Origin: a bacterium
Lineage (GTDB): Bacteria > Sysuimicrobiota > Sysuimicrobiia > Sysuimicrobiales > Humicultoraceae
DNA length: 61,408 bases
NCBI GenBank assembly: GCA_041497675.1
Contig: JBGQGY010000006.1
Coordinates: forward strand, 1 to 61,408
Reading direction: 5' to 3'
A program made the position numbers and the translations under genes. Below, one piece after another: positions 51,258 to 61,408 of this stretch; position 1 is the first letter of the stretch; each line of letters begins with the position of its first letter. The notes below the pieces were generated by a model. The model made no database searches and was not told the DNA's origin. It saw nothing but the letters and a program-made list of their open reading frames with translations.

Positions 51258-52162
51258 GCGCTGCGCCGATCATCGTCTCGACAGACCTGCCGCTGCCGCT
51301 CTACGCGCGCGGGAAGGTGCGGGACGTCTACGAGGCGGGCGAGGTACTGCTCATCGTGGCGACCGATCGCATCTCGGCGTTCGATCACATCCTGCCGACG
51401 CCGATTCCCGACAAGGGCAGGGTGCTGACACAGTTGTCCGCGTTCTGGTTCGATGAAACACGGCGAATCGTCCCCAACCACCTCATCACCGCGGACGTCG
51501 GCCTGATGCCCGAGGCGATCCGCGCACGGGCGCCGGTGATAGACGGACGGGCGATGCTGGTCAGACGCGCCAGGCGCCTCGACGTTGAGTGTGTGGCGCG
51601 CGGCTATCTCGCGGGGTCGGCGTGGCAGTCCTACCGCCGTGACGGCGCAGTCTGTGGGATCCGGCTGCCGGACCGTCTGCGCGAGGGTGATCGGCTCCCC
51701 GAGCCGGTCTTCACACCCGCGACGAAAGCGGCCAGCGGTCACGATGAGAACATCCCGTTCGGCGAGGTCGAGCGCCTGGTGGGCGGCGCACTCGCCGGTC
51801 GCCTGCGCGATCTCACCCTCGCGCTGTACCGCTTCGCCCATGACTACGCCGCTGGCCGCGGGCTCGTCCTGGCCGATACGAAGTTCGAGTTTGGGTTGGT
51901 GCCCGGGTCTGGCTCTGGCGGTGAAGAGTTGATCCTGATTGACGAAGCCCTGACACCCGACTCGTCCCGATACTGGGATGCCGCTGAACGCGCGCAGGGC
52001 TCGCTCGTCGCGCTCGATAAGCAGTTTGTCCGCAATTACCTGATCCAGATCGGTTGGAACCGCGAGCCGCCGCCCCCCGCGTTGCCGGCGGACGTCGTCG
52101 CCGCGACCCGCGTACGCTATGTCGAAACCTATCATCGGCTCACGGGGAGGGTGATCACGTAG
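51254..52162 (+). CDS. purC: SAICAR synthetase
   Basis: GKVRDVY, ATDRISAFD, ECVARGYL.GS, ADTKFEFG, DE.LTPDSSRYW, DKQFVR. Confidence 0.96.
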   Translation: MSAAPIIVSTDLPLPLYARGKVRDVYEAGEVLLIVATDRISAFDHILPTPIPDKGRVLTQLSAFWFDETRRIVPNHLITADVGLMPEAIRARAPVIDGRAMLVRRARRLDVECVARGYLAGSAWQSYRRDGAVCGIRLPDRLREGDRLPEPVFTPATKAASGHDENIPFGEVERLVGGALAGRLRDLTLALYRFAHDYAAGRGLVLADTKFEFGLVPGSGSGGEELILIDEALTPDSSRYWDAAERAQGSLVALDKQFVRNYLIQIGWNREPPPPALPADVVAATRVRYVETYHRLTGRVIT

Positions 52163-52399
52163 ATGGCGACGTTTCGCATCGTCATCATGCTCAAGCCGGG
52201 CGTGCTCGATGCCGCCGGGCAGGCGATTGAGCGCGGACTCGCCGCGCTGAGCTACGACGCGGCGCAGGTGCGCGCGGGGAAGGTCATCGAGATCACCGTG
52301 CCCGAGGCGATGCGCTCGAGGGTCGACGAGATGTGCGCGCGGTTCCTCGCCAATCCCCTCATCGAGACGTGGCGGGTCGAGGAGGTGGTCGCGGCGTGA
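52163..52399 (+). CDS. purS: FGAM synthase subunit PurS
   Basis: LKPGVLD..G.AI, VR.GK.IE, MC..FLANPLIE. Confidence 0.93.
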   Translation: MATFRIVIMLKPGVLDAAGQAIERGLAALSYDAAQVRAGKVIEITVPEAMRSRVDEMCARFLANPLIETWRVEEVVAA

Positions 52400-53136
52400 C
52401 CTGGGGCGTCATTACGTTTCCCGGATCGAACTGTGACCAGGATTGCGTGCACGTCTTGCGGGCGGTGCTGGGGCAGCGCGTCGAGGATGTGTGGCACGAA
52501 GTTCGATCACTCGACGGACTCGACGCCGTGATCCTCCCGGGTGGGTTCGCCTACGGCGACTACCTGCGGGCGGGCGCCGTGGCGGCGACCGCGCCGGTGA
52601 TCGAGGCGGTGCGCGGCTTTGCCGAAGCCGGGCGGCCCGTGCTCGGCATCTGCAACGGCTTCCAGATCCTGACCGAAACTCGATTGCTGCCGGGCACGCT
52701 GCTGCGCAACACGACCCAGCGCTTCCGCTGCCGGCCGGTCTGGGTGCGTGTCGAATCGACGTCCACCCCATTTACCGCGGACATCCCCGAAGGGACTATT
52801 CTCGAGATGCCCATTGCGCACGGCGAGGGCGGGTTCTATGCTCCGCCGCACGACCTCGCGGCGATTGAACGCGGCGGCCAGGTCGTCTTTCGCTACTGCG
52901 ATCCGCGCGGGCGCGTGAGCCCTGAGGCGAATCCAAACGGCTCGGCGGCATCGATTGCCGGGGTCGCCAACGCACGAGGGAACGTCGTCGCTTTGATGCC
53001 GCACCCCGAGCGGGCCTCGGAAGCGCTGCTCGGATCGGCCGACGGGCGGCGGCTGTTCGCGTCGGCGATCGCCTGGATGGCGGGTCGCGAGACCGCCCGG
53101 ACGGTGACGCCCGCCGTCGTGGAGGCGGCTCGATGA
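52396..53136 (+). CDS. purQ: FGAM synthase glutaminase subunit
   Basis: FPGSNCD.D, PGGF.YGDYLR.G, GICNGFQIL, IAHGEG, NPNGS, MPHPER. Confidence 0.96.
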   Translation: MTWGVITFPGSNCDQDCVHVLRAVLGQRVEDVWHEVRSLDGLDAVILPGGFAYGDYLRAGAVAATAPVIEAVRGFAEAGRPVLGICNGFQILTETRLLPGTLLRNTTQRFRCRPVWVRVESTSTPFTADIPEGTILEMPIAHGEGGFYAPPHDLAAIERGGQVVFRYCDPRGRVSPEANPNGSAASIAGVANARGNVVALMPHPERASEALLGSADGRRLFASAIAWMAGRETARTVTPAVVEAAR

Positions 53137-55373
53137 CGCGCGCCGCGACCGTCGACGCCGTCTCTCGGTTCGGCGTGGCGCCGGCGGACGTGGAGGACGT
53201 GCGCCGGCGTCTGGGCCGCGATCCCAACCCGGTCGAGGCACGGATGTTCGCGGTGATGTGGTCAGAGCACTGTGGATACAAGCACTCGAAGCGCGTGTTG
53301 CGGCGCCTGCCGACCGCGTCGTCGAGGGTGTTGAGCGGCCCGGGCGAGAACGCGGGTGTGCTCGCGATCGGGCAGGGGTGGGCCGTGGCCTTCAAGATCG
53401 AGAGCCACAACCACCCGAGCGCGGTTGACCCTTACAACGGCGCGGCGACCGGCGTGGGCGGCATCATTCGCGACGTGCTGGCCATGGGCGCGCGGCCGAT
53501 CGCGCTGCTCGATTCGCTGCGCTTCGGCGTCCTCGACGACACACGCTCGCGCCGGCTCCTGGGTGGCGTGGTCGCGGGCATCGCGGGGTACGGCGATGCG
53601 ATCGGCGTGCCGACGGTGGGCGGCGAGCTGCTGGTGCATCCACGCTATCGCGAGAACCCGCTGGTCAATGTCGCGTGTCTGGGGCTCGTGCGAAGCGATC
53701 GCGTGACCACGTCGGCGGCCAGCGGTCCCGGGAACGCCGTGATCTACGCGGGGGCCCGCACCGGCCGCGATGGGATCGGCGGGGCGGCGTTCGCGTCGAC
53801 CGAACTCGACCAGGCGCGCGAGCAGATTGACCGCGCGTCGGTGCAGATCGGCGATCCCTTCACCGGGAAGCTGCTGATCGAGGCGACGCTTGAGGCGCTG
53901 GCCACGGGGGTGGTGGTGGCGATCCAGGACATGGGCGCCGCCGGGTTGACCTGCGCCACGAGCGAGATGGCCGCGCGCGGGGGCGTCGGGATGGCGATCG
54001 ACCTCGATCGCGTGCCGCTGCGTGAAGCGGGCATGCGGCCCGAAGAGATCTTGCTGAGCGAATCGCAGGAACGGATGCTGCTCGTCGCGCGGCCGGACGG
54101 GGTCGATCAGGTGCTGCGCGCGTACCGGCGGTGGGGGCTCGCCGCCGAGGTGATTGGAACGATCACCGAGACCCCAACCCTGGCGGCGAGGTGGGAGGGG
54201 CGGACGATCGTCGATCTGCCGCCCGACGCGCTGGCGAGCGCGCCGGTGTACGATCCGGCCGCATGGGCTCCCGCCGCTGCGCGTCCGTCTCGGCCTGGTC
54301 TTGAGACGGATGTCGACGTCGCCGACGTGCTGCTGCGCCTGCTGGCGCATCCCGACGTCGCCAGCAAGCACGCGATCTTCGAGCAGTACGACTTCTCCGT
54401 GGGGATTCGCACCGTGACGCCGCCCGGGTACGACGCGGCCGTGCTGCGCGTGCTGGAAGCCCCACCGCTGGGTGTGGCGCTGGTCGCGGAGGGCAACGGC
54501 CGGTGGTGCGCGGCCGATCCGCGCCGCGGTGCCGTGTTGATCGTGCTTGAAGCCGCGTCAAACCTGGCATGTGTGGGCGCAGAGCCCATTGGCGTGACCG
54601 ACTGTCTCAACTTCGGCAGCCCGGAGCGCCCGGAGGTCTTCTGGACGTTCCGCGAAGCCGTCGAAGGGATCGCCGAGGCCTGCGAGGCGCTCGGCGTGCC
54701 GGTGATCGGCGGCAACGTCTCGTTTTACAACGAGGCCGAAAGCGTCGGCGGTGAGCGCGCGTCCGGTGAGCGCGCGGTGCCGCCGACGCCCGTGGTCGCG
54801 ATGGTGGGTCTGCTCGACGACGTGGGCCGCCACGGGCGTCCGGGTTTCGCGCGGTCGGGCGATGCGATTGTCCTGATGGGCGGCGATCAGGTGTCGCTGA
54901 ACGCCAGCCTGTACTGCGCGGTGATCCATGGCGAAGACGGTGGCGCCCCGGTCAATCCCGATTTCGATCGGGCGGTGGCAGCGATTCGCTGCGTCCGAGA
55001 GGCGGTGCGATTGAACATTCTTGAATCGGTCCACGATTGCGGCGACGGCGGGCTGGCGGTGGCAGTGGCCGAAGCCTGCATCCAGGGCGAGATCGGCGCC
55101 GAGGTCGCCCTGCCCCGGGACACCGCGGCGCGTGGATCGTGCACGGACGCGTGGTTCGGCGAGGGACCGGGCCGCTTCGTCGCGTCGGTCGCGCCGTCCC
55201 GGTTGCCGGAGCTTCAGGCGCACGCGGCCGCCTGCGGCGCGATGTGCGCCGTCATCGGTACGGTGGGCGGCGACGCGCTCGGCCTGTTGTGGCGCGACGG
55301 TCAGGGTGGTCTGCAGCGTCGCGCGCTGCCGCTGGATACGCTCGCCGCCGCCTGGCGGAGCCTGGAGGTGTAA
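53133..55373 (+). CDS. purL: FGAM synthase subunit PurL (small type)
   Basis: MWSEHC.YK.S, KIESHNHPS, GAATGVGGI.RD, QDMGAAGL, SESQERM, DCLNFG.PE, GGNVSFYNE. Confidence 0.96.
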   Translation: MTRAATVDAVSRFGVAPADVEDVRRRLGRDPNPVEARMFAVMWSEHCGYKHSKRVLRRLPTASSRVLSGPGENAGVLAIGQGWAVAFKIESHNHPSAVDPYNGAATGVGGIIRDVLAMGARPIALLDSLRFGVLDDTRSRRLLGGVVAGIAGYGDAIGVPTVGGELLVHPRYRENPLVNVACLGLVRSDRVTTSAASGPGNAVIYAGARTGRDGIGGAAFASTELDQAREQIDRASVQIGDPFTGKLLIEATLEALATGVVVAIQDMGAAGLTCATSEMAARGGVGMAIDLDRVPLREAGMRPEEILLSESQERMLLVARPDGVDQVLRAYRRWGLAAEVIGTITETPTLAARWEGRTIVDLPPDALASAPVYDPAAWAPAAARPSRPGLETDVDVADVLLRLLAHPDVASKHAIFEQYDFSVGIRTVTPPGYDAAVLRVLEAPPLGVALVAEGNGRWCAADPRRGAVLIVLEAASNLACVGAEPIGVTDCLNFGSPERPEVFWTFREAVEGIAEACEALGVPVIGGNVSFYNEAESVGGERASGERAVPPTPVVAMVGLLDDVGRHGRPGFARSGDAIVLMGGDQVSLNASLYCAVIHGEDGGAPVNPDFDRAVAAIRCVREAVRLNILESVHDCGDGGLAVAVAEACIQGEIGAEVALPRDTAARGSCTDAWFGEGPGRFVASVAPSRLPELQAHAAACGAMCAVIGTVGGDALGLLWRDGQGGLQRRALPLDTLAAAWRSLEV

Positions 55374-55377
55374 CGGA

Positions 55378-56820
55378 ATGGTGAGCGAGAGCCCTTGGAA
55401 AGAAGAATGCGGCGTGACCGGCATCTTCGACACCACGGAGGCCGACGCTGCGCCGCTCGTGCACATCGCCCTCTACGCGCTGCAGCACCGCGGCCAGGAG
55501 AGCGCGGGCATCGCCGCGCTGGACGGCGACCGCATGACGCGCCATCGCGGTATGGGGTTGGTCTCGCAGGTGTTCGATGTGGCGCGGTTGGGCGAACTGC
55601 CGGGCCGCGTGGCCATCGGACACGTGCGCTACGCGACGATGGGATCGGCCCGTATCGAGAACGCGCAGCCGTTCGTCGTCCCCTCACCGTGGGGGCCGGT
55701 CGCGATTGCGCACAACGGCAACCTGATCAATGCGCCGGTGCTGCGGCAGGAACTCGAAGACCAGGGCGTGGTGCTCGAGGCGACGACTGACAGCGAGATG
55801 ATCGCGCACCTGATCGCCCGCGCGCCGGTCGCGACGGTAGACGAGGCGGTCGCGTACTGCATGCGCCGCATGGAGGGCGCCTACACCGTGGCCGCGCTGG
55901 CGGGGGGCCGGTTGTACGGCTTTAGCGACGCCAACGCGATTCGACCGCTCGTCGCGGGCCGCGGCCCGACATTTTGGGCGCTGGCATCCGAAACCTGCGC
56001 GTTCGACCATATTGGGGCCGAAGCGGTGTGCGAGGTCGGACCGGGCGAGATGGTCACCCTCGACGCCGGCGGTCTGCGAATGCGCCAGGTGCTGACCGGC
56101 GGGCGGCGGGCGCACTGCGTGTTCGAGTACATTTATTTCGCGCGGCCCGACACGGTGCTGCGGGGCCGCAACGTCCACCAGGCCCGCCGCCGCATGGGCC
56201 GGATCCTCGCGCGCGAGCACCCGGCACACGCCGACATCGTGATCGCGGTCCCCGACTCGGGGACCTCCGCCGCCATGGGCTTTGCGGAGGAAGCCGGGCT
56301 GCCGTTTGAGGTCGGTCTGATCAAGAACCGCTACATCGGCCGGACGTTCATCCAGCCCGATCAGTCCTCGCGCGACTTTGGGGTGCGTCTCAAGCTCAAT
56401 CCCAACGTGGAGGTTGTTGCCGGACGCCGCGTGGTGCTGGTGGACGACTCGATCGTGCGCGGCACGACCTCGGGTCGCATCGTGAAGTTGCTGCGTCACG
56501 CCGGCGCGCGCGAGATCCACGTCCGCATCTCATCCCCACCGATCCGTCATGCCTGCTACTATGGCATCGACACGTCCTCGCGAGGTGAACTCGTGGCCTC
56601 GCGCCTCGAGGTCGATCAGATCCGGCGGTTCGTCGATGCTGACACCCTCGGGTTTCTCAGCCAGCCCGGTCTCGTCGAAGCCCTCGCGCTCCCGCGTGAC
56701 ACGTTGTGCATGGCCTGTCTGGACGGCCGCTACCCGACGCGCGTGCCGACCGAAGAGGAAGCGGGGCGTCACGCCCTCGACGCGTTTGTCCCGACTCCGG
56801 TGGGGAGCCGCGCGCCGTGA
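55378..56820 (+). CDS. purF: Amidophosphoribosyltransferase
   Basis: Propeptide then EECG, LQHRGQESAG, HNGNL.N, CVFEYIYFARPD, VDDSIVRGTT, Fe-S cysteines. Confidence 0.96.
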   Translation: MVSESPWKEECGVTGIFDTTEADAAPLVHIALYALQHRGQESAGIAALDGDRMTRHRGMGLVSQVFDVARLGELPGRVAIGHVRYATMGSARIENAQPFVVPSPWGPVAIAHNGNLINAPVLRQELEDQGVVLEATTDSEMIAHLIARAPVATVDEAVAYCMRRMEGAYTVAALAGGRLYGFSDANAIRPLVAGRGPTFWALASETCAFDHIGAEAVCEVGPGEMVTLDAGGLRMRQVLTGGRRAHCVFEYIYFARPDTVLRGRNVHQARRRMGRILAREHPAHADIVIAVPDSGTSAAMGFAEEAGLPFEVGLIKNRYIGRTFIQPDQSSRDFGVRLKLNPNVEVVAGRRVVLVDDSIVRGTTSGRIVKLLRHAGAREIHVRISSPPIRHACYYGIDTSSRGELVASRLEVDQIRRFVDADTLGFLSQPGLVEALALPRDTLCMACLDGRYPTRVPTEEEAGRHALDAFVPTPVGSRAP

Positions 56821-57857
56821 GCGCCGCGCGCAGCCCGTCCACGGGGCTTACGTACCGCGACACCGGCGTCGACATCGACGTCAAGACCCGGCTGTTGGAC
56901 GACGTCGCATCGGCCATCACCGCCACCCACACGGCCGACGTCGCCGCCGGCGTCGGCGCGTTCGCCGGGGCCCTGCGCCTGCCGGCGACCGCCGGCATCA
57001 TCGCCGCGACGACCGACGGGGTGGGCACCAAGACGTTGCTCGCGCGGCGGCTCCACCGCGACGAGGTGATCGGCGCCGACATCGTGGCGCACTGCGCGAA
57101 CGATCTGGTGGCTCAGGGCGCCCGGCCGGTCGCGTTTCTCGACTACATTGCGATGGGCCGGTTGGAACCGCCGGTGGTGGCGACCCTCATCCGCGCCATG
57201 GCGCGCGCGTGCACTGACGTTGGCGCGGTGCTGCTGGGCGGCGAGACGGCCGAGATGCCCGACGTCTACCTCGACGGTGCGTACGACGTCGTCGGCACGA
57301 TGATCGGAACCACACCCTCGGAAGGTCTGATCACCGGTGCGGGGATCGCCCCCGGCCACCGGCTGATCGGGCTCGCGTCAACCGGACCGCACACGAACGG
57401 CTATTCACTGATCCGGCGCGTGACCGATGCGCTGCCCCTCGACGTGCTGCGGCAACACGACGCGGAACTCGGCGCGACGCCGGCCGACGCGCTGCTGGCG
57501 CCTCACCGGTGCTACGCGCCGGCCACGCTCTCGCTGCTGTCGAGCGTCCGCGTGCGCGGCATCGCGCACATCACCGGCGGCGGGTTGGTCGACAACCTGA
57601 CCCGCATCCTCCCGGATGACTGTCAGGCGCGTATCGACTCGTCGTGGCCGCGGCCACCGGTCTTTGGCTGGCTGCAGCGGCTCGGCCGCATCCCTGATGC
57701 CGACATGCTGGCGACGTTCAACCTGGGTATCGGTATGGTCGTGGTCGTGAGTCCGCGAGACATCGACGTGGCGCTCGAGCACTTTGCGGCGTCCAACATT
57801 CCCGCGTGCGATATCGGCGCGATCGTCGAGGGGCCAAAGGGAGTGATCGTCCGGTGA
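56817..57857 (+). CDS. purM: AIR synthetase
   Basis: TY...GVDI, TDGVGTK, GA.P..FLDY, GGETAEMP, H.NGYSL, AHITGGG, TFN.GIG. Confidence 0.96.
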   Translation: MSAARSPSTGLTYRDTGVDIDVKTRLLDDVASAITATHTADVAAGVGAFAGALRLPATAGIIAATTDGVGTKTLLARRLHRDEVIGADIVAHCANDLVAQGARPVAFLDYIAMGRLEPPVVATLIRAMARACTDVGAVLLGGETAEMPDVYLDGAYDVVGTMIGTTPSEGLITGAGIAPGHRLIGLASTGPHTNGYSLIRRVTDALPLDVLRQHDAELGATPADALLAPHRCYAPATLSLLSSVRVRGIAHITGGGLVDNLTRILPDDCQARIDSSWPRPPVFGWLQRLGRIPDADMLATFNLGIGMVVVVSPRDIDVALEHFAASNIPACDIGAIVEGPKGVIVR

Positions 57858-58552
57858 CGCGCGTCGCCGTCTTCGCCTCCGGGAACGGCAGCACGCTCCA
57901 GGCGATCCTCGACGCGTTCCGCCCGCCCGCGGACGCGCCCCCGACTGCGGATGCGCCGGTGACCGTGGCGCTGGTCGTATCGAACAGCCCTGCAGCCTAC
58001 GCGCTCGAGCGCGCGCGGCTGGCGGGCGTGACCGCGATCGCCGTCGATCATCGCGGCAGGTCGCGCGAAGAGTTCGAAGCCGATCTCGCCGCTGCCGTTG
58101 ACGCCCACCGGATCGACCTGATCTGTCTGGCCGGGTTCATGCGCATCTTGACGCCCGCATTTGTGAACCGCTTCCCCGGACGCATCCTGAACACGCACCC
58201 GGCCATGCTGCCGGCCTTCGGCGGCAAGGGGATGTACGGCGAGCACGTCCACCGCGCGGTGCTCGACGCGGGCGTGGCGGTGACCGGGTGCACCGTGCAT
58301 GTCGTGGATGAAGTCACCGACGGTGGCCCGATCGTCGGTCAGGCCGCGGTGCCTGTGCTGGAGGGCGACACACCCGAGACGCTCGCCGCGCGCGTGCAGA
58401 GTGCGGAACGCCGGCTCTACCCCGAGATCATCCGCTGGTGGGCGGCGGGGCGCGTCGAACTCAACGGCGGGCGTATCATGCTGCATCCGCCCCTCCCCGC
58501 GCCGCACGCGGCCGGCGCGATCACCCGATCCCCCGAAACCGTTCAGACGTAG
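57854..58552 (+). CDS. purN: GAR transformylase
   Basis: VFASGNGS.LQA, LAGFMRIL, N.HP..LP.F.G, GCTVH.V....D.GPI. Confidence 0.96.
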   Translation: MTRVAVFASGNGSTLQAILDAFRPPADAPPTADAPVTVALVVSNSPAAYALERARLAGVTAIAVDHRGRSREEFEADLAAAVDAHRIDLICLAGFMRILTPAFVNRFPGRILNTHPAMLPAFGGKGMYGEHVHRAVLDAGVAVTGCTVHVVDEVTDGGPIVGQAAVPVLEGDTPETLAARVQSAERRLYPEIIRWWAAGRVELNGGRIMLHPPLPAPHAAGAITRSPETVQT

Positions 58553-58558
58553 GAGGAC

Positions 58559-60094
58559 ATGATGCGGCCCATTCGCCGCGCGTTGTTGAGCGCGCACGAC
58601 AAGACCGGCCTTGTGGCGCTGGGCCAGGCGCTGCACGGTCACGGCGCCGAGCTGATCTCGACCGGCGGCACGGCGGCGGTGCTGCGGGACGCCGGTCTGC
58701 CCGTGCGCCCGCTCGAAAGCGTCACCGGGTTTCCGGAGATGCTGGGCGGCCGGGTCAAGACGCTGCACCCGGCGGTGCACGCGGGGCTGCTGGCCCGCGA
58801 CGAGCCCTCAGACCAAGCCGAACTGAAACGCCACGCGATCAACGCGATCGATCTTGTGGCGGTGACAGTGTATCCGTTTGAAGACACCGTCGCCGCCGGG
58901 GCGCCGATGGCCGCGGCGGTCGAGCAGATCGACATCGGCGGCGTGACGCTGCTGCGCGCGGCGGCGAAGAACTGGGCGCGCGTCACCGTCCTGTGCGACC
59001 CGCGCCAGTACGACGACATCATCGCCGCGATCGGCTCGGGCGGAGTGACCGACGACGTGCGCCGGCGGCTGGCGGCCGAGGCGTTCGCCCGCACCGCGTC
59101 GTACGACGCCGCGATCGCGGGCTACTTCCAACAGGCGGCGGGACAAACACCCTTTCCCGATCGGCTCACGCTCACGTTCCGCAAACACGCCGACCTGCGC
59201 TACGGTGAAAACCCGCACCAGCGGGCGGCGCTGTACGCGTCACGCCCGCGCTCGGCCGGTGAGGTGCTCTCGGCGCAGGTGCTGGGCGGCCGGACGCTGT
59301 CCTACAACAACATCGCCGATCTCGAGGCGGCCTGGGGTGTGGTGCGCGATCTGCCGCGCCCCGCGGTGGTCGTCGTCAAGCATCTCAATCCGTGCGGGGC
59401 GGCGGTGGCGGCCAGTGTCCGTGAGGCGTTCGCTCGCGCGCGCGACGGCGACCCGGTGTCGGCCTTTGGCGGCGTGGTCGCGTGCAACACCTCGATCGAT
59501 GCCGCCGGCGCGCAGGTGATGGGCGAGTTGTTTCTCGAAGCGATCATTGCGCCGGCGTTCGATCCGGGCGCGCTCGAACTCCTCGGCAGCAAGAAGAACC
59601 TGCGGCTGCTGGCCGCCGGCGATCCGCGTCGCTGGACCGGGTTGGACTTCCGCAGCGTGCGCGGCGGGATCTTAGTCCAGGAAACCGACGTTATTGGACA
59701 GGAGACCGGTCAGTGGAAGATGGTGACGAGCCGGCGGCCGACGTCCGAGGAACTGGACGATCTGCGATTCGCCTGGACCGTGTGCGCGCACGTGAAGTCG
59801 AATGCGATCGTGTTCGCGAAGGACCGCCAGGTGGTCGGCGTCGGCGCGGGACAGATGAGCCGGGTCGACAGCGTGCGTCTGGCCGCCGCGAAGGCCGGTG
59901 ATCGGTCGCGGGGGGCCGTCGCGGCCTCGGACGCGTTTTTCCCGTTTCCCGATGGTGTCGAAGCGGCGGCCGCGTCGGGCGTGACGGCGATGATCCAACC
60001 CGGCGGATCGCTCCGCGACGCCGAGGTGTTCGCCGCAGCGGAGCGGTTGGGTCTGACGATGGTGACGACCGGCGAGCGTCACTTTCGCCATTGA
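58559..60094 (+). CDS. purH: Bifunctional AICAR transformylase/IMP cyclohydrolase
   Basis: RALLS..DKTG, STGGT, GRVKTLHP, IDIGG, LRYGENPHQ, KH.NPCG, KSNAI, SDAFFPF.D, RHFRH. Confidence 0.97.
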   Translation: MMRPIRRALLSAHDKTGLVALGQALHGHGAELISTGGTAAVLRDAGLPVRPLESVTGFPEMLGGRVKTLHPAVHAGLLARDEPSDQAELKRHAINAIDLVAVTVYPFEDTVAAGAPMAAAVEQIDIGGVTLLRAAAKNWARVTVLCDPRQYDDIIAAIGSGGVTDDVRRRLAAEAFARTASYDAAIAGYFQQAAGQTPFPDRLTLTFRKHADLRYGENPHQRAALYASRPRSAGEVLSAQVLGGRTLSYNNIADLEAAWGVVRDLPRPAVVVVKHLNPCGAAVAASVREAFARARDGDPVSAFGGVVACNTSIDAAGAQVMGELFLEAIIAPAFDPGALELLGSKKNLRLLAAGDPRRWTGLDFRSVRGGILVQETDVIGQETGQWKMVTSRRPTSEELDDLRFAWTVCAHVKSNAIVFAKDRQVVGVGAGQMSRVDSVRLAAAKAGDRSRGAVAASDAFFPFPDGVEAAAASGVTAMIQPGGSLRDAEVFAAAERLGLTMVTTGERHFRH

Positions 60095-60152
60095 CGTTCG
60101 CACGGAGTAGATCCGGCGCCGCGTCATGCCGGACGTCGTAGGAGGCAGACTC

Positions 60153-60551
60153 GTGAATCGATCCACAGGGATCATTGTGGTGACGATTCTGCTGATCGCC
60201 GCGGGCACCGCGGTCACCGCATCGCAGGCCGGCGCACAGCTGGCGTTCAGCGACCAGACCGACCGCGGCCGCACGCTCTACGTCAATGCGTGCGCGAAGT
60301 GTCACGGTCAACAGGGGCAGGGGGACCAGGCGCCGCGGCTGATCGGAACGGTGACGGGTCTGCCCGACTACAAGACCGCGCAGGGACTCTTCGACTACGT
60401 GAGTTCGCAGATGCCAAACGACACGCCGGGGTCGTTGAAGGCGGAAGAGTACTGGGATATCCTTGCCTACATCCTCGACGCGAATAAACTCCTGCCGCCC
60501 AACACCACGCTTGGGCCGGACAACGCCGCAAACATCAACCTAAAACCGTAA
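60153..60551 (+). CDS. Class I c-type cytochrome, exported
   Basis: Signal peptide, G..LY...CAKCH heme motif, 'MP' axial Met, 'ILAYIL'; AGGAGG RBS before GTG 60153. Confidence 0.88.
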   Translation: MNRSTGIIVVTILLIAAGTAVTASQAGAQLAFSDQTDRGRTLYVNACAKCHGQQGQGDQAPRLIGTVTGLPDYKTAQGLFDYVSSQMPNDTPGSLKAEEYWDILAYILDANKLLPPNTTLGPDNAANINLKP

Positions 60552-60575
60552 GTCGCGCACCACTACCAGTGGGGC

Positions 60576-60604
60576 TTGACACGTCAACAGGCAGGGCGTA
60601 TAAG
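60576..60604 (+). promoter_or_regulatory. rRNA operon promoter
   Basis: TTGACA (60576-81), 17 nt, TATAAG (60599-604), ~110 nt upstream of 16S. Confidence 0.7.
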
Positions 60605-60713
60605 AATAGATGCCCCGCGAGAGACGTTCGTTTCTCGCCCCGAACCTTGACAACCGCATAGTGGCAAGGAGCCGCAGCACGGCCACCATAAGAGTCCTTT
60701 GATTGATAGGATT

Positions 60714-61408
<695 letters not shown>

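Overview
Visibly GC-rich bacterial chromosomal window, almost entirely coding. 1-5.3 kb: outer-membrane/LPS-related genes (partial LpxB-like, LptD-like), a phosphomannomutase and gmd-fcl. 5.4-23.9 kb: a large surface-glycan locus, with a minus-strand block for a CDP-activated, C-methylated (probably also O-methylated) 6-deoxy sugar plus a Wzx flippase and GTs, and a plus-strand block of GTs, a priming transferase and NDP-sugar enzymes. Next come two orphan prepilin-like genes. 25-47 kb is a Terrabacteria-type housekeeping string: rplM-rpsI-argF-cdaA-cdaR-glmM-tagA-[glmS ribozyme]-glmS-trm112-acpS-nnr-alr-pheA-pxpBC-dcyD-like-hyp-puuD-like-nfeD-tsaE-tsaB-rimI-tsaD-[CIRCE]-groES-groEL. It is followed by a pur operon (purD-A-B-C-S-Q-L-F-M-N-H), a cytochrome c gene and the 5' part of a 16S rRNA gene. 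The gene mix suggests a diderm Terrabacterium (inference only, e.g. an Armatimonadota/CSP1-3-like lineage). Best leads: a ~170-nt rod-shaped, 6S-like ncRNA with its own promoter and an upstream DnaA-box-like triplet hidden between acpS and nnr; a possible vinelose/cereose-like branched-sugar pathway; probable CUG initiation at CTGA overlaps (tsaE); a D-cysteine-desulfhydrase homologue lacking its PLP lysine; and a Bacillus-type paired PurBox at purD. No mobile element, CRISPR array or tRNA was recognised. All calls come from reading the sequence and recalled family motifs; no searches were run.
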